A stretch of 56,244 nucleotides of DNA from a virus (IMGVR_UViG_3300030419_002488:1-56244); one strand, 5' to 3'. Positions 1-9,298 are shown, numbered from the stretch's first letter. Made by a program: numbers and translations. Notes: generated from the letters alone by a model not told the origin.

Positions 1-189
1 CTTGTTGATATGGGATTTAATATGGGTGTGCCAAGATTAATGAAATTTGTTAATATGTGGAAAGCTATAGATAACGCTGATTTTCAATGGGCAAGCGAAG
101 AGATGCTTGATTCTCGTTGGGCAAAACAAGTAAAGGGGAGAGCAACCCATTTATCTGAAGTTATGAAAACGGGAGAATGGGGTGAATAA
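1..189 (+). CDS. 3' fragment of lysozyme (alternative allele of 55457-55942)
   Basis: Translates LVDMGFNMGVPRL...DSRWAKQVKGRATHLSEVMKTGEWGE*. Confidence 0.9.
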   Translation, partial: LVDMGFNMGVPRLMKFVNMWKAIDNADFQWASEEMLDSRWAKQVKGRATHLSEVMKTGEWGE

Positions 190-239
190 AAAACGATGTG
201 ACACTTGCGAATGTTACGAATGTAACTGTGACGAGTGTG
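1..239. repeat. Imperfect terminal overlap (copy A) with 55757-56244; indicates circular/permuted assembly
   Basis: 1-98 identical to 55757-55854 and 195-239 identical to 56200-56244; the intervening sequence is diverged. Confidence 0.95.
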
Positions 240-307
240 AATGTGATTGCCACCACAATGATAGAGTTTCTACTGATCTTCATGATCGACAACCAGATAG
301 TGAATAA
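182..307 (+). CDS. Small Cys-rich, metallothionein-like peptide (41 aa; not in ORF track)
   Basis: GTG start after GGAG; MNKKRCDTCECYECNCDECECDCHH...; the other allele has ATG at 56184 with GGGGA RBS in the same frame. Confidence 0.7.
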   Translation: MNKKRCDTCECYECNCDECECDCHHNDRVSTDLHDRQPDSE

Positions 308-434
308 GACACAAAGATTTCAAGATATAGACAGGTGTCTGTATTTTGCAGAACGTTTAACCAAACAACCAACAATACCTTCTGAGGAAGGAGGTAAGCG
401 AATAACAGCATATTGCAAACCAGTAAACAAGTAA
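258..434 (+). CDS. Small hypothetical protein, hydrophobic N-terminus, two Cys
   Basis: MIEFLLIFMIDNQ...; ATG at 258 preferred to GTG at 198. Confidence 0.6.
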   Translation: MIEFLLIFMIDNQIVNKTQRFQDIDRCLYFAERLTKQPTIPSEEGGKRITAYCKPVNK

Positions 435-443
435 GGGGAATAC

Positions 444-887
444 ATGTTAGCAGAACTTGCAGCGGCAAATGCCGCCTTCGGGGTCATAAAAAGTTTTATT
501 TCTAACGGAAAAGAATTAGCAAGTTGTGGTAAACAAATTTCTGATTTCGTTTTTGCAAAAGAACAAATACAAAAAAAAGCAAACAAGAAAAGAGCAAAAG
601 GCGTAAGTGGGGGAGATTTAGAAGAGTTTATGGCTTTAGAAAAAATAAAGCAACAAGAAGATGAACTTAAACAAATTATGATTTATGCAGGGCGACCCGG
701 ACTTTGGCAAGATTGGCAAAGATTTCAAGCGGAAGCACGTAAATCACGAAGATACGCAGAAAAAATGGCTCAAAAACAAAGAGAAGAATTATTACAAATT
801 ATAGCGTGGAGTATTGGAGTTATAATATTTGTTGGTTTAACTGTTGCATTAGTGTATGGGGCTGCTAAATGGCAGGGAAAAATATAA
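444..887 (+). CDS. Hypothetical coiled-coil protein with C-terminal TM helix
   Basis: AAGGGG RBS; hydrophobic IIAWSIGVIIFVGLTVALVYG. Confidence 0.8.
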   Translation: MLAELAAANAAFGVIKSFISNGKELASCGKQISDFVFAKEQIQKKANKKRAKGVSGGDLEEFMALEKIKQQEDELKQIMIYAGRPGLWQDWQRFQAEARKSRRYAEKMAQKQREELLQIIAWSIGVIIFVGLTVALVYGAAKWQGKI

Positions 888-892
888 TTTAC

Positions 893-921
893 TTGCATTA
901 TACTTAGTTTATCTGTATAAT
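893..921 (+). promoter_or_regulatory. Sigma70-type promoter
   Basis: TTGCAT-17nt-TATAAT in an intergenic gap. Confidence 0.65.
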
Positions 922-946
922 AAAGCAATACAAGGAGTTATCCCCC

Positions 947-1150
947 ATGAAGACTTTAGCAGCCCAAGCATTAGCTTATCAATACAAATTACAGATTGAT
1001 ACATCAACAACAATAATTAATAATAGTGACAAAGCATTAAACCAGATAGATAAAGCATTAAAAGATTTATTAGAAGCAAGAGACAAATTAAGATTGTTGA
1101 ATGATATGGCGAAAGATAAACTTAAAGAAGGGGAAAAGAAATCTGAGTGA
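947..1150 (+). CDS. Hypothetical protein
   Basis: AAGGAG RBS, 67 aa helical. Confidence 0.75.
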   Translation: MKTLAAQALAYQYKLQIDTSTTIINNSDKALNQIDKALKDLLEARDKLRLLNDMAKDKLKEGEKKSE

Positions 1151-1437
1151 ATCTAGGGTATAATGATAAAGTATTTCAAGTAGATATTATAAAATTAAAA
1201 AAAAGTTTACGAATTTTTATACCCAAAAAAGCCAAGCCGTTAAGATTTTTTACTACAGAGACTATAGAAAAATTAAATAAGTTTTTAAATAACCCTGTTA
1301 GAAAAAAGGAAAAACGCAAAGAATATTTAGAAAAAAGACAACTTCAAGAAAAAATAAAGTATTTAGAATTACAAAAAAAACTTGAAGAAGAAAAACAACT
1401 AACAAAGAAAAGACCTCGCAAAAGATATGGCAAGTAA
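1147..1437 (+). CDS. Lys-rich hypothetical protein
   Basis: GTGA overlap with the previous gene; fills the operon gap. Confidence 0.6.
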   Translation: MNLGYNDKVFQVDIIKLKKSLRIFIPKKAKPLRFFTTETIEKLNKFLNNPVRKKEKRKEYLEKRQLQEKIKYLELQKKLEEEKQLTKKRPRKRYGK

Positions 1438-2491
1438 TTATCTTACATTAGTAAACAACGTATTAAGAGATATGAATGAAGTAGAATTAACAAGTTCTAA
1501 TTTTGCTACTTCACGAGGGGTGCAAACTACAGTTAAAGATTACGTAAATAGATCTATATCAGATATACTTAACGCTGAACTTAACTGGCCCTTTACTCGA
1601 TCAGAAGGGGCAATGGATGTAATTGCAGGTAAACAATTATATAGTTACGCTAGTATATCATCTTCTTTAAAATACATTGATTACGACAACATATTTCTTA
1701 CACCAAAAGATTATATAACAAATGGTGACTTTGAAGTTAGTGGTTCAGCAAGTATAACAGGTTGGACTACTGTTTCTGGTAGCCCTGCAGCCAGTTCAAA
1801 GTTTGGTAATACAATGAGATTAACAAGTGCAGAAGCAACGCAAGCCGTTGCTGATCTTATTGTTGGAAGAACATACACAGTTCTTGTTCAGACAAGTGGT
1901 GCTACTCTTACTTTAGAGATTGGAACAAGTTCGGGAGCAGCCCAGACAAAATCATCTACTCTTACTATAAGTAGTGGTAACGAAGTATTACTATCTGAAT
2001 TAACATTTACAGCAACTGCAACAACTCACTATATTAGTTTTACTGAAGGTGCAGGGTCAACAGCGTACATTAAATTAGTTCAATTGATGGAGAATGTAAC
2101 TCCTATACCTTTAAAATATCTTTCTTACGAAGAATACAATGATTTGTACCGTGAAAGAGATTCCCGACCAGATGCTGACAAATTTGCAGATCCAGAATTT
2201 GTATACACAACTTACAACGATGAATTAGGTTTGACACCTATACCAGATACAAGCAATCGAACACTAAAGTTTGATTATTACATAACAAACACGGCTTTAT
2301 CTTCTTACGATGATACATCAATAATACCGACGAGATTTGAGCCTGTTGTTAATTCTCGTGCAAAGTATTACACATATATGTTTCGTTCAGACGTGCAAAC
2401 AGCACAATTTGCTTTGAAAGAATACGAAGATGGTATTAAACGTATGAGAGTAGAACTGATAAACAGAAAGAATTATATGAGGGCAGTATAA
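1427..2491 (+). CDS. Tail tubular protein A / adaptor-like, with inserted carbohydrate-binding-like domain
   Basis: N-term YLTLVNNVL..NE, WPF motif, C-term helical YEDGIKRM; position ahead of the nozzle gene. Confidence 0.65.
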   Translation: MASNYLTLVNNVLRDMNEVELTSSNFATSRGVQTTVKDYVNRSISDILNAELNWPFTRSEGAMDVIAGKQLYSYASISSSLKYIDYDNIFLTPKDYITNGDFEVSGSASITGWTTVSGSPAASSKFGNTMRLTSAEATQAVADLIVGRTYTVLVQTSGATLTLEIGTSSGAAQTKSSTLTISSGNEVLLSELTFTATATTHYISFTEGAGSTAYIKLVQLMENVTPIPLKYLSYEEYNDLYRERDSRPDADKFADPEFVYTTYNDELGLTPIPDTSNRTLKFDYYITNTALSSYDDTSIIPTRFEPVVNSRAKYYTYMFRSDVQTAQFALKEYEDGIKRMRVELINRKNYMRAV

Positions 2492-4039
2492 GTGGCGGAT
2501 CTTAGCGAAACTGGTGCATTTCCTTTTGTTTGTGAAGGTGGGTTAGTTCTTAACCAATCAACTTTCATAATGAAACCCGGACAAGCACTTGAATTGCTAA
2601 ATTTTGAACCCGACATTGAAGGCGGATACAGAAGAATAAGTGGGTTTAGTAAGTACGTATCAGCAATAGTTCCTCAAACAAGTTCATCTGGTGAAGAAGT
2701 TTTGATGGTTGCAACATTTGGATCGAGTGTTGTTGCTGCACGTGGAGAAAAGATACACAGTGCAACTCCGGGTGGATCAAGTTGGACTGAAAGAGATACA
2801 GGAAGAACAAGTGCAGGAAGATACGATTTTGAACGATTTAATTTTGATGGAAACGATAAATTAATTGTAGCAGACGGAGCAAATGCTCCTACAGTGTTTA
2901 ACACTTCCTTTACTGCAACAGATGTTTCATCAGGTGGTGGTGGAGAGGTTAGCACTGCAGTAACAGGTGCTAAATACGTAACTGCATTTAAAGATCACAT
3001 GTTTTATGCAGGCATGTCTGCAACTAAACAAGAGTTAGTTTTTAGTGTACCGTTTGATGAAGATAATTTTGCTACAGGTAGTGGTGCAGGAAGTATTAAA
3101 GTTGATGACGAGATAACAGGACTTAAAGTTTTCCGTGAAGACCTATTTATATTTTGTGAAAATAGAATATTTAAACTTTCAGGTACGTCAAGTAGTAACT
3201 TTGCTGTAACACCTGTTACTAGAAATATAGGGTGTGTAAATGGAAATACTATTCAAGAATTTGCAGGAGATCTTATCTTTCTTGGTCCTGACGGGTTACG
3301 CACTATTGCAGGTACTGCAAAAATTGGTGACGTTGAGTTGGGTACTATAAGTTCTAATGTCCAATCTATATTTGATGATAATTTATCTAGTGCTTCTGAA
3401 TTTCAATCAATAGTTATACCTGATAAGACTCAATACCGAATATTTTTTACTAAAGATGGTCAAGGTCAAAATACAACAAGAGGTGTAATTTGTGTTCTTA
3501 GAGGACAACAATTTGAATTTTCAGAAATGCGGGGTATTAGACCAACAGCAACAGATACATTTGTATCATCGGGGGATGTATTAGCTATACACGGTGCAGG
3601 GGATGGTTACATTTACAGACAAGAGTCAGGTAACGATTTTGATGGCACATCTATAAATGGAAGATACCGAAGCCCAGACCTTACACTTAACGATCCGGGT
3701 ATCAGAAAACACATGCAAAGAGTAGTTGTTAACTACGCACCAGAATCTTCTATTGACGCAGACCTTTTTGTTCGGTATGATTATGAGAGTAAAGATTCTG
3801 CACGACCCGCCGCATACGCTTTAGATTCAAGTGATATTGCGGCAATATACGCCACTTCTACATACGGTTCAGGTTCATCTGTAACAGGTACGTATGGTGG
3901 TGCATCTCAACCCTTAGTAAGACAAGCCGTAGAAGGATCTGGGTTTGCAATAGCTTTAAGGGTAAATGACGGGGGAACAACCGCACCCTATTCACTAAAA
4001 GGATTCCAATTGGAATATCAACTAGGAGCGAGAAGATAA
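2492..4039 (+). CDS. Tail tubular protein B / nozzle (stabilization protein)
   Basis: 515 aa beta-rich; NFE...GGYRRI.G, NIGCV, FLGPDGLR motifs typical of podovirus nozzle proteins. Confidence 0.7.
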   Translation: MADLSETGAFPFVCEGGLVLNQSTFIMKPGQALELLNFEPDIEGGYRRISGFSKYVSAIVPQTSSSGEEVLMVATFGSSVVAARGEKIHSATPGGSSWTERDTGRTSAGRYDFERFNFDGNDKLIVADGANAPTVFNTSFTATDVSSGGGGEVSTAVTGAKYVTAFKDHMFYAGMSATKQELVFSVPFDEDNFATGSGAGSIKVDDEITGLKVFREDLFIFCENRIFKLSGTSSSNFAVTPVTRNIGCVNGNTIQEFAGDLIFLGPDGLRTIAGTAKIGDVELGTISSNVQSIFDDNLSSASEFQSIVIPDKTQYRIFFTKDGQGQNTTRGVICVLRGQQFEFSEMRGIRPTATDTFVSSGDVLAIHGAGDGYIYRQESGNDFDGTSINGRYRSPDLTLNDPGIRKHMQRVVVNYAPESSIDADLFVRYDYESKDSARPAAYALDSSDIAAIYATSTYGSGSSVTGTYGGASQPLVRQAVEGSGFAIALRVNDGGTTAPYSLKGFQLEYQLGARR

Positions 4040-5926
4040 ATGGGAGCAACCTATACAAGACAATCTTCGTATAGTGATGGAGACGTAATAACTGCGGCTC
4101 ATACCAATGATGAGTTTAATCAGTTATTAGCGGCTTTCCAAGCATCAACGGGGCATACCCACGATGGTACAGCTAACGAAGGGGGACCAATTACTAAACT
4201 TCTAGGTAATTCTATTACACTGGGAGCAGGCACAGCAGGCACGGATATAACACTTACATTTGATGGTGAAACATCCGATGGTGTTATGTACTGGATGGAA
4301 GACGAAGATCACTTTAAATTTGCCGACGACGTTGTTATAGACAGTACAAAAAAGTTATATTTTTACGATGAAGGCGGAGAATATATCTACGCTTCTGCAG
4401 ACGGGCAGTTAGATCTTGTAGCGGGAACAGAAATTCAAATTGCAGCAACAACCATAGATATAAATGGTGCTGTTGATATATCAGGCAATACAACTATAGG
4501 TGGAAGTTTAATAATAGGTGGTAGCACTTTATCTTCTGCTGAACTAACATTTTTAGACGGAGTTACTGCAGGAACAGTATCAGCAAGTAAAGCACTTGTG
4601 GTTGATAGTGACAAAGATATAGCAAGTTTACGTAACATTACATTGACAGGTGAACTTGATGCAGGTTCTCTTGATGTATCAGGTGATGCAGACATTGATG
4701 GAACATTAGAAGCGGATGCAATCACAGTTGACGGGGTTGCACTAGCAACATATATTAGGGATACTGTTGGAACAAACATGCTTTCAAGTAACACTGAAAG
4801 TGGTATAACAGTAACTTATGATACATCTAATGATAATATAGATTTTGCGATTGATGCCGCACAAACAGGCATTACAAGTTTACTTGCTACCGATATAAAA
4901 ATCGGGGAAGATGATGAAACAAAGATAGACTTTGAAACTGCTGACGAAATACATTTCTACGCAAATAATGTAAGTCTAATATCTCTTACTAATGCAAACA
5001 GTGGTGACGCAGTATTAACTGTACCAACTGCAGATAAAAACTTTACAATTAAGGGAACAGATGGTTCTTCTGCAGTTACTGCTTTAGACATTGACATGGC
5101 GGCTTCTGGGGATGCTACATTTAACAATAAAGTTATTGCTGCTGAACTTGATATTTCTGGAGATGTTGATGTTGACGGAACACTTGAAGCAGACGCAATT
5201 ACAGTTGACGGAACAGCGTTAGCAACGTATATAAGAGATACAGTTGGCACAAACATGTTATCTAGTAATACAGAAAGTGGTATTACTGTAACTTACGACA
5301 CAAGCAATGATAACATTGACTTCGCAATAGATGCTGCACAAACTGGGATAACAAGTTTGTTAGCAACAGATATAAAGATTGGTGAAGATGACCAAACTAA
5401 AATAGATTTTGAAACTGCAGATGAAATACATTTTTACGCAAATAATGTAAGTCTAATATCTCTTACTAATGAAAATAGTGGGGATGCAGTGTTGACTGTT
5501 CCTACTGCTGACAAAAACTTCGCTATCAAAGGAACAGACGGCTCTTCAGGCATTACTGCTCTTGATATAGACATGGCAGATTCAGGTAAAGCTACCTTTA
5601 ACGGTGATGTTAACGTAGGTGGGGAAGTACAAACTGCAAATATAGGATATACTGATGGTGATAATGCGATGTCAATTGCAGACGGAGGAGCAGTTACTTT
5701 TTCACAAGCACCAGTATTTCCCGATGGATCAATTAACATAGCCGACTTAGATATAGACGGTGGAAGTGACATAGGGGCTGATTTAACTACATCAGACTTA
5801 ATTGTAGTAGACGATGGAGCAAGTGGGGCTAACAGAAAAGCTGCTTTATCGAGATTAACAACATTTATGAGTGGACAAGGGTTTTCAACAGACGATCCGA
5901 CCGCACTTGCCATCGCTTTGGGCTGA
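4040..5926 (+). CDS. Tail fibre protein with internal 159-aa duplication
   Basis: N-term YTRQSS...NDEFNQL...GHTHDG anchor; G/D/T-rich repeats; C-term ALAIALG. Confidence 0.8.
   Translation: MGATYTRQSSYSDGDVITAAHTNDEFNQLLAAFQASTGHTHDGTANEGGPITKLLGNSITLGAGTAGTDITLTFDGETSDGVMYWMEDEDHFKFADDVVIDSTKKLYFYDEGGEYIYASADGQLDLVAGTEIQIAATTIDINGAVDISGNTTIGGSLIIGGSTLSSAELTFLDGVTAGTVSASKALVVDSDKDIASLRNITLTGELDAGSLDVSGDADIDGTLEADAITVDGVALATYIRDTVGTNMLSSNTESGITVTYDTSNDNIDFAIDAAQTGITSLLATDIKIGEDDETKIDFETADEIHFYANNVSLISLTNANSGDAVLTVPTADKNFTIKGTDGSSAVTALDIDMAASGDATFNNKVIAAELDISGDVDVDGTLEADAITVDGTALATYIRDTVGTNMLSSNTESGITVTYDTSNDNIDFAIDAAQTGITSLLATDIKIGEDDQTKIDFETADEIHFYANNVSLISLTNENSGDAVLTVPTADKNFAIKGTDGSSGITALDIDMADSGKATFNGDVNVGGEVQTANIGYTDGDNAMSIADGGAVTFSQAPVFPDGSINIADLDIDGGSDIGADLTTSDLIVVDDGASGANRKAALSRLTTFMSGQGFSTDDPTALAIALG
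4670..5602 (+). repeat. Intragenic direct repeat, period 477 nt (about two copies)
   Basis: DGTLEADAITVDG...TALDIDMA.SG.ATFN occurs twice; TACGCAAATAATG at 4958 and 5435. Confidence 0.9.
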
Positions 5927-5940
5927 TATAGGAGAAAATA

Positions 5941-6300
5941 ATGGCAAATACATTTAAAGTAGTAACTTTTGCAGCCGAGCCAAATTCTGCAGGAACTCCA
6001 TATACTATTTATACCACACCAAGTAGCACAACAACAGTTGTAATTGGGTTAATCTTAACAAATATACATACTTCACAGGTTACTGCAGAAGTAGAACTTG
6101 TTAGTGACACATCAGGTGGTGGTAGAGGAGCTACGAACGGAACAGCGTTTCTTGCAAAAGATGTACCTATACCAGTAGGTTCGTCTTTAGAATTGTTATC
6201 GGGAGGTAAAGTAATACTAGAAACAACAGATATTTTAAAAGTGGACTGTAGTGTCGCTGACAAATTAAGTGGTACACTAAGTATAATGGAGATTACATAA
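5941..6300 (+). CDS. Virion structural protein (fibre-associated)
   Basis: MANTFK... beta-rich 119 aa, GGAG RBS; common arrangement after ALAIALG-ending fibres. Confidence 0.7.
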   Translation: MANTFKVVTFAAEPNSAGTPYTIYTTPSSTTTVVIGLILTNIHTSQVTAEVELVSDTSGGGRGATNGTAFLAKDVPIPVGSSLELLSGGKVILETTDILKVDCSVADKLSGTLSIMEIT

Positions 6301-6301
6301 T

Positions 6302-6754
6302 ATGCCCTATATAGGTAATGAAGTTCCTGCACACTTTCAGTCATCACCTGCAGTCGTAAGATTTAGTGGGGATGGTTCTGATACTACATTTGCATTAGGA
6401 AGAACTATAGGTTCTGTTCAAGATATACTTGTATCGGTTGATGGTGTTGTCCAAGACAGTGCCGCTTATACTGTTCCTGATGGTTCTACATTAACATTTA
6501 CTGCTGCACCAAGTTCAAATTCAGGTAATAATATTTTTGTTTATTTTCTTGAACCAAATGCAGGTTCAGTTACTCCTGCAGCAGAAAATAAAGGTAATTT
6601 TAAAGCAGGTGGTTTATTTAAAACAAACGCACAAACTTTAGATTCAAACGTAACTATCTTGGCTACAGAAAATGCACAAGTTACAGGTCCACTTACAGTT
6701 TCAAGTGGAGTTACACTTACTATTGAAAGTGGTGGAAGGTTGGTAACATCATGA
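6302..6754 (+). CDS. Fibre adaptor-like protein A (MPYIG family)
   Basis: FSGDGSDTTF..VSVDGVVQ..YT motif; C-terminus similar to 9298-9759. Confidence 0.7.
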   Translation: MPYIGNEVPAHFQSSPAVVRFSGDGSDTTFALGRTIGSVQDILVSVDGVVQDSAAYTVPDGSTLTFTAAPSSNSGNNIFVYFLEPNAGSVTPAAENKGNFKAGGLFKTNAQTLDSNVTILATENAQVTGPLTVSSGVTLTIESGGRLVTS

Positions 6755-7182
6755 GTAATATTTATGTAGATACAATACGAAAGACTGGTGGTTCATTAGG
6801 AACAGACATAAGAATTAAGAATACATCTGTATATGAATCTGATGGTGGCACAAGTGTTACACAGAATTTAGTGCAGGGGTTATGTAAACATTGGGTAAGT
6901 TTTGACCCATTAGACAGTAATAACTTGGAAGATTCATATAATAATGCTTCTGTTACAGATGTTAATACAGGACAGTTTACATTTACAAATACTAATAATA
7001 TGGCAAATGCAAATCATGCACCCTTAATAGGTTCAGAAATACAAACTGATTACCGAGATGCAGCAGATTCTGTATTATCTACACCACGCACCACAACTTC
7101 AATGGGTGCATATCATGTTGAAAACAATACGGCTACAGACAATGCTATTCTTACAATGGCAACATTTGGAGACCTAGCATGA
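6751..7182 (+). CDS. GDLA-family fibre tip paralogue A1
   Basis: QGLCKHW, DSYN, C-term FGDLA. Confidence 0.75.
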   Translation: MSNIYVDTIRKTGGSLGTDIRIKNTSVYESDGGTSVTQNLVQGLCKHWVSFDPLDSNNLEDSYNNASVTDVNTGQFTFTNTNNMANANHAPLIGSEIQTDYRDAADSVLSTPRTTTSMGAYHVENNTATDNAILTMATFGDLA

Positions 7183-7586
7183 GTACCTTAAAAACAAACA
7201 CCTTAACAGGTACAACTTCAGCAGGTAGCATTGTTGTTACAGGAGAGGGTGGTTCTACCACAACGAACTTACAACAAGGTCTTGCTAAAGTTTGGTGTTC
7301 TGCAACTATTAGTAGTAACACTCATACAATTCAGGATAGTCTTAATGTAACTTCTTTAACTGATGGAGGTGCGGGTATTACTTCTGTGGTCATTGCTAAC
7401 GATATGAATAATGATGATTATGCTGTTTCTGCTTGTATAGGAATAGATGGTGCAAGATGTTTTGCAAACTTAAATGCAAACTCTGATGTAACTACAGGGA
7501 GTTATAAAATGAATAGCTCAAATCATGCAGGTGGTTTTGAAGATTATGACGTATTTGGCAGTTCAATACACGGAGATTTAGCATAA
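7179..7586 (+). CDS. GDLA-family fibre tip paralogue A2
   Basis: NLQQGLAKVW, DSLN, C-term HGDLA. Confidence 0.75.
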   Translation: MSTLKTNTLTGTTSAGSIVVTGEGGSTTTNLQQGLAKVWCSATISSNTHTIQDSLNVTSLTDGGAGITSVVIANDMNNDDYAVSACIGIDGARCFANLNANSDVTTGSYKMNSSNHAGGFEDYDVFGSSIHGDLA

Positions 7587-8017
7587 TGGCAAACGGAACA
7601 ATAGCATTTGATACATTAACAACATCTGACCAAGTTAGCACTGGTACAGAGAAGTCTGTTGATACAAGTTATATTTATAATGGGGTTGCTAAATATTTAG
7701 TTCATTATAATCAATCTACTCCTGCTGTTTTAAAAAGTTTAAACAGTAGTTCTGTTTCAGATGATTCAGCAGGTCATTTTACAATTAACTATACAAATAA
7801 TTTTAGTGATGCTTTATATTTGTTAAATAGTGGACTTCATGAAAATACAGATGATGCAGATTCAGACAGAGGGGGTCATTCTATAGGTTTTGAAAACGGA
7901 CAAACAGAAACAACAGCATTGGCAAAAATAAATTATTTGTATGGTGCAAGTCAGAGTAGTGCTTCTACAGATGAGGATACAACTTCAAGCCATACTTTAT
8001 ATGGAGATTTAGCATGA
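7586..8017 (+). CDS. GDLA-family fibre tip paralogue A3
   Basis: GVAKY, SLNSSSVSD, C-term YGDLA. Confidence 0.75.
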   Translation: MANGTIAFDTLTTSDQVSTGTEKSVDTSYIYNGVAKYLVHYNQSTPAVLKSLNSSSVSDDSAGHFTINYTNNFSDALYLLNSGLHENTDDADSDRGGHSIGFENGQTETTALAKINYLYGASQSSASTDEDTTSSHTLYGDLA

Positions 8018-8502
8018 CAAAAATAGAAACACCAGAATTTCAGGGAACACATCTTTGGGATAGATTATGTTGGGCGAAAGAAAAGCTAGAAGGTAAACAA
8101 TCTGATTATCGTGTGGTATGGGAAGACCCTGATAATTTAGATGAGTGTGCAAAGATAACTATACCTGACCCTAACTGGATGGCTTGTGCATTACAGGGTG
8201 GCATATTACCACCAGTTGAAGTCTACTGGGCATTACAGGAAGATGAAGCTAAACCTGATTTTAAGAAACACACAAGAGGTTATTTACTGCATAATACAAA
8301 ACCGATTGATGCGATGACAGAAGAACAGGCAATAGAATATTTAATTATGAAGGATATACCACAAAGAGTGTGGAGAGATTATGAGAAAGCCAATAGACCT
8401 AGATTGGTTATCTGTAAAAAGGATCAGCTTCCAAGTACAAGAGTTTGGAGAAATGCTTGGAAGATTGATGAAGAAGTAAATAAACTTGAAGAAGTAGCCT
8501 AA
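8014..8502 (+). CDS. Tail-module hypothetical protein (possible fibre assembly factor)
   Basis: ATGA coupling; C-term LPSTRVWRNAW resembles VPSDRHFRNAW in the next gene. Confidence 0.65.
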   Translation: MTKIETPEFQGTHLWDRLCWAKEKLEGKQSDYRVVWEDPDNLDECAKITIPDPNWMACALQGGILPPVEVYWALQEDEAKPDFKKHTRGYLLHNTKPIDAMTEEQAIEYLIMKDIPQRVWRDYEKANRPRLVICKKDQLPSTRVWRNAWKIDEEVNKLEEVA

Positions 8503-8515
8503 AAGGAGATTAACT

Positions 8516-8887
8516 ATGGCAACAACAATGATAATGGATAAAGATGGAAAAAGTATCGATGCTTCTACAGCAACTGTTCCATCTGACCGACATTTTAGAA
8601 ATGCTTGGACACTTAATGGTAAGGTTATATCTGAAGATATGACTGAAGCTAAAAAGATTTTCCAAGATAAAATCAGAGAAGTAAGGAAACCTTTACTTGA
8701 AGAACAAGATGCTTTGTTTATGAAAGCATTGGAAGATGATGATTCATCTGCTCAATCTACAATTAAGACAAAGAAGAAAGCACTAAGAGATGCACCTGCT
8801 GCAAAGGCAATATCAGATGCAGACACTATTGCTAAACTTAAAGCATCTTGGGATTCAACTAATCTAGGCACAAGTCCTTACATATAG
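8516..8887 (+). CDS. Tail fibre assembly chaperone-like protein
   Basis: REVRKPLLEEQD...KKALRDAP motif like Tfa/gp38-type chaperones. Confidence 0.6.
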   Translation: MATTMIMDKDGKSIDASTATVPSDRHFRNAWTLNGKVISEDMTEAKKIFQDKIREVRKPLLEEQDALFMKALEDDDSSAQSTIKTKKKALRDAPAAKAISDADTIAKLKASWDSTNLGTSPYI

Positions 8888-8896
8888 GAGTAATAG

Positions 8897-9298
8897 ATGG
8901 CTTTAACTCAAGTTATAGGGTCGGGTATTGGGTCTATAGGAGCAACCACTGTAACTGGTGAAGGAACTGCTACGACTAGCCTACAACAAGGTTTAGCAAA
9001 AGCATGGATTAATTTAGATGGCACAGGAACTATTGGCACAAACGACAGTCTTAATACTGGGTCTATTACAGATAATGGAACAGGAGATTATTCAATAACT
9101 ATAACAAATGATATGAATAATGCTAATTATTCCCACACACATGGGGATTATACTTCTGATAGAAATGATGTTCAGGTTTCAGGAAGTGCAGGTAATGCAC
9201 CTGCTGCAGGTTCTATAAGAATACAGTGTGTTCAAACAGGAAATAGTCCAGATGATGCAGACCAAGCCTGTGTTACAATTCACGGAGATTTAGCGTAA
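8897..9298 (+). CDS. GDLA-family fibre tip paralogue (singleton, A2/B2-like)
   Basis: MALT start, TGEG..TSLQQGLAKAW, C-term HGDLA. Confidence 0.75.
   Translation: MALTQVIGSGIGSIGATTVTGEGTATTSLQQGLAKAWINLDGTGTIGTNDSLNTGSITDNGTGDYSITITNDMNNANYSHTHGDYTSDRNDVQVSGSAGNAPAAGSIRIQCVQTGNSPDDADQACVTIHGDLA

Noticed and set aside
1-239. True direct terminal repeat
   Set aside because: The copies differ by substitutions and a 249-nt indel and fall inside genes; an assembly of two alleles fits better.
198-257. N-terminal extension of ORF 198-434 (MTLANVTNVTVTSVNV)
   Set aside because: It is the off-frame reading of the Cys-rich peptide; ATG 258 is the more plausible start.
4435-5913. Minus-strand ORFs (4435-4794, 4957-5256, 5434-5913) and similar antisense ORFs elsewhere, e.g. 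16042-16554, 44958-45497
   Set aside because: Shadow frames of long genes, with no RBS or motifs.
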